Positions 57,864 through 64,000 of a stretch of 64,000 nt of DNA are shown one piece after another. The notes beneath the pieces are model-generated. The model was not told the origin of the DNA and did not search any database. It saw only the letters and a program-made list of their open reading frames with translations. This DNA is from an uncultured Eubacteriales bacterium. Lineage in GTDB: Bacteria; Acidobacteriota; Aminicenantia; Aminicenantales; Aminicenantaceae. The stretch is from NCBI GenBank assembly GCA_964440805.1, contig CAYTTR010000009.1:1658-65657 (forward strand), written 5' to 3'. A program made the translations under genes and the position numbers. Every line of letters begins with the position of its first letter. The first letter of the stretch is position 1.

Positions 57864-60197
57864 TTAAAAAGGATGAGGGGGCCTCACCGTCTGATCTCCC
57901 TCTCCTCTTGTCTTTCTGAGGACCCTCAGCAGTGTTCTGGAGAAAATATTGGCTAAATCACCTCTTTCATACTTTGCTTCCAGCAACCTGGAGAGCAGTT
58001 GAAGCATTTGGTTTCTTCCAGCTTCTCCCCACAGGCAAGCTTCATTAACAATCATTAAATGGCCGGTGCCAATTTCTTTTTTTAATAAATCCAGTTTCTG
58101 AAAATAACCCCCGGGTGATTCTTCTGCCTGCAATAGAAGACCTATGGCTCCGCTCTTCTCCTTTACTAAATCCAGAATCTCTTTTCCCGGAACTTCTGCG
58201 CTTAGAAACACAACCGGTTTCTTTGACTCTCTGAGAAGAATTTTGACTTCAGTTTCACTGCTGTTCTTTATCATCAACAACAGCCCTGCCGAGTTTAAGG
58301 CTTTGAGCCATTCTTTTCCTTTTTCGCTTAAGCTGTCTTCATTAAAAATTATACCGGGATTATCAAGGAAAAGAAAACCTATTCCCTGGTCAGCCAAAAC
58401 TCCGGCCCAGCGGTGATTCTCCTGGAAAAGCTGGATACTATTAAGGCCGGAGATAACCGTAGTTTTGCCCTGACGGACAGAGCCTGAAATACGGTTTGAC
58501 GAGGTGTAATAGACCAGGCCATCGGTTTTATTCACTTTCTCCTTTCCATCAATGATTTTTTCCAAAAGATCCAGAAAAGCCTTATCAGCAGCCAGTCCCT
58601 TGTTTATCTGAAGAAGAGACATCTGGACATCAACAAGGGAGTCTTTGGAATTTCCGTGGTTTTTTACGACATTTTCAAGTGGACTCAGCCGGTAATTCAC
58701 CAAATCCTGATAACGCAATTGAAAAGTTTCTTCCCTTAAAGGCAGAATAAAATCTCTAACTTCATTTGCCAGAGCCACTGTAGCAGCACAAACAAAATCA
58801 CCGGTTCTCTTTAGAAGTTCTGGTTGAATCAGATCATATTCATCCCTGCTATGATGATACTTCAAGAAAGAATCCTCGGTGATGGCAAAAAAGGCAGGGA
58901 CTCCTTTCATTAAGAACGGTGTGTGATCCGAACCTCCTGGGCCTCCCCGGCCGGGAGTAAGATATTCCATTGTTTCCTGAGGTATACTTCCCTCAAGGAA
59001 AGCCCAAACTTCTGGAGCATAATACTTTCCTCCAAGGGAAATCTTGCCGCTTCCAATTCCCACCATATCCAGATTGATATTGGTTACAGCTTTTTCCAGA
59101 GGAATAGCAGGATTGTCAGCGTAATGCCTTGAACCCAAAAGCCCCTGCTCTTCACCGGCCCATAAAGCAAAAACCACGGTCCTTTTCGGTTTAAAGCCTC
59201 TCTGTTTCATCGCCCTGGCCACTTCCATAACCACCGCAGTACCCGAGGCATTGTCATTGGCTCCATTCATCACATCTCCCATGGGAGTGATCCCCAGATG
59301 ATCCAGGTGAGCTCCGATTATAATGTATTCATCCTTGAGCTTTTTATCCGAGCCGCTGATTTTGGCCAGGACATTTTTGGTTGGACGTTCCGGGTCAAAA
59401 ACAGACCGCACCGAAATAAAAACTTTAATACCGGTGTTTAAAGATTGGGGCTGCAAATCTTTATTAATCCGGCTGAAGGCTGTTCTCAAGTCGATAGGAA
59501 GATCCTTTAAAATAAACTCAACCACCTTGTTTTCAACACTCAAAATAAAGAAATCAGGCTTGTAGATTTCCTTTTCTGTTCTAAACCGGAAATAACGGCT
59601 CTGGCTTGAAGGCAGTTGAAACAAAACAACTCCAGCCGCACCCAGTTTCTGAGCAGTTTCTATTTTACTCTTCAGGCTGGATTCTTCTTTAAACTCTTCT
59701 CGGAGCTTAGAGGGAGCTCCTTCAGTCAAAAGAACCAGTTTACCTTCAATCTCTATTCCTTCATAGTCATCATATTCTTTATCGGGAGCATGGATGCCGT
59801 ACCCAACAAAAACGATTTCTCCGACTAAACTGCCGGAGCCGGAATATCTCTGGACTCTCCAGTCTTCTCCATAATAAAAACTCCTTCGTTCCCTGGGAGA
59901 TATCACTTCAAGAACAACTCCTTCTTGGATATGGCTGTGTTCAATAGTAAAATTCTGAAAATAGATCCCTTCGTCTCCGGCCGGCTCAAGACCCCATTCC
60001 TTGAATTTTGAGGCTATATATTCTTCGGCCATGACTGCCCCGGGCTGGCCGCTTTTACGGCCTTCCATCTCATCAGAAGCCAGAACCTTGATATAATTCA
60101 AGGCCGCCTGGGGATCAAATTCAGCCTTCTTTTCTTCCCCCGCAAGAGGAGTTATAAGAAGAAATAAGATTAGGAACAGATTAAGGTGTTTTTTCAA
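57864..60197 (-). CDS. secreted M28-family zinc peptidase with PA domain and large C-terminal domain (glutamate carboxypeptidase II-like architecture)
   Basis: 777 aa; signal peptide; PA-domain insert; M28 metal ligands (GAHLDHLG, NDNASG, EEQGLLGS, HHSRDEYD); ~300-aa C-terminal extension. Confidence 0.65.
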   Translation of the reverse strand: MKKHLNLFLILFLLITPLAGEEKKAEFDPQAALNYIKVLASDEMEGRKSGQPGAVMAEEYIASKFKEWGLEPAGDEGIYFQNFTIEHSHIQEGVVLEVISPRERRSFYYGEDWRVQRYSGSGSLVGEIVFVGYGIHAPDKEYDDYEGIEIEGKLVLLTEGAPSKLREEFKEESSLKSKIETAQKLGAAGVVLFQLPSSQSRYFRFRTEKEIYKPDFFILSVENKVVEFILKDLPIDLRTAFSRINKDLQPQSLNTGIKVFISVRSVFDPERPTKNVLAKISGSDKKLKDEYIIIGAHLDHLGITPMGDVMNGANDNASGTAVVMEVARAMKQRGFKPKRTVVFALWAGEEQGLLGSRHYADNPAIPLEKAVTNINLDMVGIGSGKISLGGKYYAPEVWAFLEGSIPQETMEYLTPGRGGPGGSDHTPFLMKGVPAFFAITEDSFLKYHHSRDEYDLIQPELLKRTGDFVCAATVALANEVRDFILPLREETFQLRYQDLVNYRLSPLENVVKNHGNSKDSLVDVQMSLLQINKGLAADKAFLDLLEKIIDGKEKVNKTDGLVYYTSSNRISGSVRQGKTTVISGLNSIQLFQENHRWAGVLADQGIGFLFLDNPGIIFNEDSLSEKGKEWLKALNSAGLLLMIKNSSETEVKILLRESKKPVVFLSAEVPGKEILDLVKEKSGAIGLLLQAEESPGGYFQKLDLLKKEIGTGHLMIVNEACLWGEAGRNQMLQLLSRLLEAKYERGDLANIFSRTLLRVLRKTRGEGDQTVRPPHPF

Positions 60198-60317
60198 AAT
60201 AACCTCCTACTTTTTTTATACCTGAAATAAGAGACGTTATTATACCTAATCAGGAGAAAGATAAAAAAGAAAATTTATTGCTTGAAAAAAGTTTATGGAT
60301 AAATAAAGTTAAATTGA

Positions 60318-60659
60318 CTTCAATATAAAATCTATTCCGGCGAAGAATATCGAATTGCCATTATGGACCAGGGAAAAGTTCTTGCCGTAGGGACACTGGA
60401 AGAATTGATTCAGATTGTGGGCGAGAAAGACATCACCTATATTTGCGGAGATTTCAAAGCAAATCAGGCTGGAGAAATCCTTGGTTCGATTAAAAAAGAA
60501 TCCATCCTTTCTCTTCAGGATGGTAAGGCCGTCCTGGCTGTACCTTTGCTGCTGGAAAAATTCTTTAAAACCGGCCTTGTTATCCACGACGTTTCTATCA
60601 AGAAACCCAGTCTGGAAAGTGTTTTTCTAAAACTGACCGGAAAGGAACTGAGGGAATGA
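60318..60659 (+). pseudogene. ABC transporter ATP-binding protein remnant (C-terminal ~110 codons only)
   Basis: The reading frame opens just after a TGA at 60315 with ...SGEEYRIAIMDQGKVLAVGTLEEL, the post-H-loop region of ABC ATPases. Walker A, signature and Walker B are absent. Confidence 0.6.
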
Positions 60660-61734
60660 GAAATCTCTTCCTTCTGATATCAAAAGACCTCAGAAGAAGA
60701 TGGAAAAACCCGGCCGTAATCATTGGATTCATGTTAATTCCCGTTGTCTTTACTTTTATTTTTGGGGCTGTCTTCGGAAAGGAAGTTGAAAAGAGCTTAA
60801 CTCAGAAAAATATTTGATTGAGGAAATTGATTCTGAAGAAAAAGTCAGATCTCGTGTTCTTATTATTCCTGAAGGATTTTCTGATAGAGTTAAGACTGGA
60901 GAAAAAACAAATCTTACCATAAAAAGGCATCCTGATAGCGATCCTCAATATTCACAAGCTGCTTATTCCCACGTGTTGAAGGCCATCATCAAGACGATCA
61001 CGGGACTTGTTGGATCAGTTCAATTAGCAGAAGAGAAAGATGAATCTCAGGGTATTGAAGAGATTTTTTTGAGTTACCAGCCGCAACGATTAATCACTCT
61101 TCGCTCCGAACTGGCAACTCCCAGAAAAGCCATTCCTTCGGGCTATAACCACACCATCCCGGCTATGACCGTTATGTTCATCCTTTTTACTGTCCTTATG
61201 TACGGAGGAATCACCTTGCTTGAAGAAAGAAGACAAGGACAACTTGAACGAATAGTGATCAATCCAATCTCCTTCTCTCTTCTGTTAGCTGGAAAATGGC
61301 TGAGCCGATTTCCTCTGGGAATGTTCCAACTAACAGTGCTCTTTCTTGCAGGATACCTTCTTTTCGACTTTAACCTGGGCTCTTCCCTTTTTTCTGTACT
61401 GTTGATATCCCTATTTTTCTGTAGGGCCATAGCCGGACTTAGCTTGCTTATGGGAAGCCCTTTTGAAAAAGAAGAGCTTTTAGTGGTTGTCAGTATCCTC
61501 TTGGCCAACCTGATGGCCGGATTGGGAGGATGCTGGTGGCCTCTTGAATTAGTTCCACCTGCCATGAAAACCGTGGGCTTATTCTTTCCCACTGGCTGGG
61601 CAATGGAAGCTTTTCACAAGTTGATATTCTTTGGAGAATCATTAACTGGAGTAAAGACTCATATCCTGGTCTTAAGCGGATTCGCCTTGGTTTTTCTTAC
61701 TCTGGCTGTCAAATTTTTCCGCTGGAAAAAATAA
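60657..61734 (+). pseudogene. ABC-2 type permease disrupted by frameshift (TM1 fragment 60657-60815; remainder 60814-61734 in a different frame)
   Basis: N-terminal TM1 ORF ends at TGA 60813-60815; a downstream ORF in another frame carries the extracytoplasmic loop and five TM helices. Confidence 0.5.
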
Positions 61735-61737
61735 AAA

Positions 61738-61771
61738 GGGGGGACGTTCCCCAAAGGGACACCCCCTCCCC
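61738..61771 (+). repeat. REP-like dispersed element copy 4 (GGGGGGACGTTCCCCAAAGGGACACCCCCTCCCC)
   Basis: Sits 4 nt after the ABC permease stop; matches 6539-6564 exactly over the core. Confidence 0.5.
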
Positions 61772-62017
61772 TGGAGCCGGTTCCGGAAACCAGATTAAGT
61801 TATCTATGCGATTTTAGATACTTTTAGGCTCATCTGCACCCTTTTGTCCCGCCAGAAACGATTTCCGGTTTTCCCCTGATACAATTTACATTTCCCGGCC
61901 ATGGTTAAATGGAAAACATTCCCTCAAGTCAACCTTAAAATTTGTTTTGTTTTCATCTCTCACATCTTGGTATAATTAAATTGAATCAAGAGCTAAAGTT
62001 AAATAAGGAGAAGCTCC

Positions 62018-62929
62018 ATGAGAAAGTCATTAATGACTATCATAATATGCTTTTTATCCTGGGCCGCCTTCTTGATGACCATCAGTCCCCCTGTCTTCTC
62101 CAGGGTTTTCGCTCTTGTGGAAGGAACAGTGACCTCAGTGGACGGAAAGCCAATCCCAAACGCCAGGGTGATTTTTATCTTCAACGAGGACGGAGGAAAA
62201 ATTGAATTAACAGCGGATAAGAAGGGAAAATGGAGAAAGGCCAATCTTCGCCCGGGAGAATATACCATAGGCTTCATTGCCGATGGATATGAGCCACAGA
62301 ATTTCAACATCCAGCTTTCTGCCATAAAAAAAAACCCTCCCCTTAATATCCAGTTATCTCCAATTACTGAATCCCCGTTTTTAAAGGCCGATGCTCTTTA
62401 CCAGGAAAAAAAATATGAAGAAGCCCTGCAGGAGTATAAAAATGTTCTGGAAAAAAACCCTGATCTATACCAGGCCTACGAAAAGATCGGAATCTGTTAT
62501 CTGAGGATGGAAAATCAGGAAATGGCCATCGACTACTTCATAAAAATGCTCGAATGCGATCCTCAATCCCAGGATGCTCTGATCAACCTCAGCGCCATAT
62601 ATTTTGAACAGGGGCGCCTAGAGGAGGGAATGAAATACTTTAAACAGTTCGATGAATCAAGGCTGACAGATCCTGGAACTTTTTATAACCTCGGGATTCT
62701 TCTTTTTAAAAACCATCAGATAGAAATGGCCCTAAACTATCTCCAGAAATGCGTGGCCCTTAACCCAGGTTTTGTTGATGGTTACTATCAACTTGGATTG
62801 GCCAATATAAATAAAGGAGACCTGGAAGAAGCCAAGAAGAATTTTGAAAAAGTTATCGAATTGGCTCCTGAATCAGAAAAAGCGGCCCTGGCCAGAACCA
62901 TACTGGAAAATATCAAAAGGTCCTCTTGA
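62018..62929 (+). CDS. secreted TPR-repeat protein with N-terminal carboxypeptidase-regulatory-like (CarbopepD_reg) beta-sandwich domain
   Basis: 303 aa; signal peptide; VEGTVTSVDGKPIPNARV...GEYTIGFIADGYEP followed by 5-6 TPR units. Confidence 0.6.
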   Translation: MRKSLMTIIICFLSWAAFLMTISPPVFSRVFALVEGTVTSVDGKPIPNARVIFIFNEDGGKIELTADKKGKWRKANLRPGEYTIGFIADGYEPQNFNIQLSAIKKNPPLNIQLSPITESPFLKADALYQEKKYEEALQEYKNVLEKNPDLYQAYEKIGICYLRMENQEMAIDYFIKMLECDPQSQDALINLSAIYFEQGRLEEGMKYFKQFDESRLTDPGTFYNLGILLFKNHQIEMALNYLQKCVALNPGFVDGYYQLGLANINKGDLEEAKKNFEKVIELAPESEKAALARTILENIKRSS

Positions 62930-63445
62930 GCAGAAATTAAAGAAAAACACAAACTGCCTCCTTCAGGTTTCGCCCCGTTTTTCCATAATCAATTCTTAAC
63001 CTTCATTATGGTCGAACTGTGATCTCGAAATCTATGACAGGCCTTTCAACGAATAATTTTCAAACAGGAAAAAATGAGCAGAGGAAGCGAGTATAGAGTA
63101 AAAAATAATCCAATATTTTGGATAACATACATAATATTGGATAATAAAAACAAAAAGCGAGACACCGGTTTTTTCTAACTTATTTATATATTTAAATTTA
63201 ATTTTTTATTTAAATTGGCACAAATATTGCAAAAAATAAAAGACAAACATAATTGGGCAGATGTCAGACAATTCCAAAAATTAGGAGGTGAAAATAAAAG
63301 CAGACCATTAAATAAAGAGGTAAATGTTCGGAATCAAGGCTCCTAATGGAGTTCAGATTTCTAGGTGCTGGTAATTAAAAATTACTTCTAAAAACCATGA
63401 AGTAATCACGATTCCCGATAATTCGGGAAAAGGGGAAATAAGCAA

Positions 63446-64000
63446 ATGAGAAAAAGCATCGGTTCGATTTTAATTGTATTTTCTCTCTTCTTTATCACTT
63501 CTGTTTTCTTATCTGCACAGGCACGAACAGGGACTCTCAAAGTCATTGTTATCGACGACACAGGGAGTGTTGTGCCGGGTGTTTCGCTCACACTTTCAAG
63601 TCCTGTTATGATGGGGGAAAAGATACTGGTCACGAATGTATTGGGAGAGGCACTATTCATCAACCTGACTCCGGGAATATACGAACTCAAGTCAAACATT
63701 GAAGGATTCCAGGAAAAGATATCCAAGGATGTAGAGATATCTTTAGACAGACAGACCATGCTACAGGTTGAGATAAAACCGGCGGCCATCGAGGAATCCG
63801 TGACGGTAATTGCTGTATCTCCTACTGTGGACACCACAAAATCGGTCATTGCCGAACACGTCACTCATCAAACAGTGGAGTCCTTGCCTGTTGCCCGGGA
63901 TTTTGTCGGCTACCTCCAGCTTGCAGCAGGCGTCAACGTTGTTCCCAACTCCCAGGGAAGGGACACTCCCCAGGATCCGGCCGGAAAAGGTGGCCTCAAT
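63446..64000 (+). CDS. TonB-dependent receptor, 5' partial (CarbopepD_reg domain plus start of plug); not in ORF track because it has no stop in the window
   Basis: Manual translation gives MRKSIGSILIVFSLFFITSVFLSAQARTGTLKVIVIDDTGSVVPGVSLTL...TVESLPVARDFVGYLQLAAGV (TonB-box/plug signature) and continues past the window end. Track ORF 63406..63864 (-) is antisense to it. Confidence 0.6.
   Translation, partial: MRKSIGSILIVFSLFFITSVFLSAQARTGTLKVIVIDDTGSVVPGVSLTLSSPVMMGEKILVTNVLGEALFINLTPGIYELKSNIEGFQEKISKDVEISLDRQTMLQVEIKPAAIEESVTVIAVSPTVDTTKSVIAEHVTHQTVESLPVARDFVGYLQLAAGVNVVPNSQGRDTPQDPAGKGGLN

Overview
This is a 64-kb chromosomal segment from an AT-rich bacterium (roughly 40% GC by eye). It uses the standard genetic code: TGA is a normal stop for many genes and ATGA start/stop overlaps are common. 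Gene content suggests an anaerobic, metal- or electrode-respiring organism. Most of the window is dense housekeeping coding sequence. It holds purS-purQ-purL, an embedded outer-membrane protein gene, purN, tyrS, a tandem-domain thyX-like gene, rtcB-archease-pncB, and the radical SAM / nth / nrdJ stretch. It also holds rubrerythrin, nadA, tusA-iscU-iscS-nfu, purA, ftsE-ftsX, nfi, a rodZ-like gene, an NtrY/NtrX-like two-component pair, mgtE, recO, tRNA-Ala(GGC), the conserved ftsH-folP-cdaA-cdaR-glmM block, pdxJ and arfB. Interspersed with this are five notable items. (1) A three-gene porin-cytochrome cluster at 8.6-13.5 kb: a decaheme periplasmic cytochrome, a 620-aa beta-barrel and a 713-aa internally duplicated decaheme cytochrome, resembling MtrA-MtrB-MtrC / Pcc extracellular electron-transfer conduits. 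(2) An inner-membrane multiheme cytochrome c / diheme cytochrome b fusion (Cbc-type) at 19.3-20.9 kb that is interrupted by a single in-frame TGA. (3) An oxidative-stress cluster of ferritin-like protein, rubredoxin and a rubredoxin-reductase-like gene; the 53-aa rubredoxin ORF is absent from the ORF track. (4) A poly-gamma-glutamate synthase cluster (pgsB-pgsC plus an accessory gene) preceded by a large M28 peptidase with a PA domain. (5) Several families of intergenic repeats. One is a REP-like GGGGACGTTCCCCAAAGGGACACCCC element with four copies, one of which supplies the last codons of tyrS. There are two GC-rich elements bounded by perfect 18-19 bp inverted repeats. A repeat-rich ~200-400 bp intergenic element occurs in three copies and carries 9-bp tandem repeats. 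The window also contains remnants of a decayed ABC transporter and the 5' end of a TonB-dependent receptor gene that runs off the window edge.
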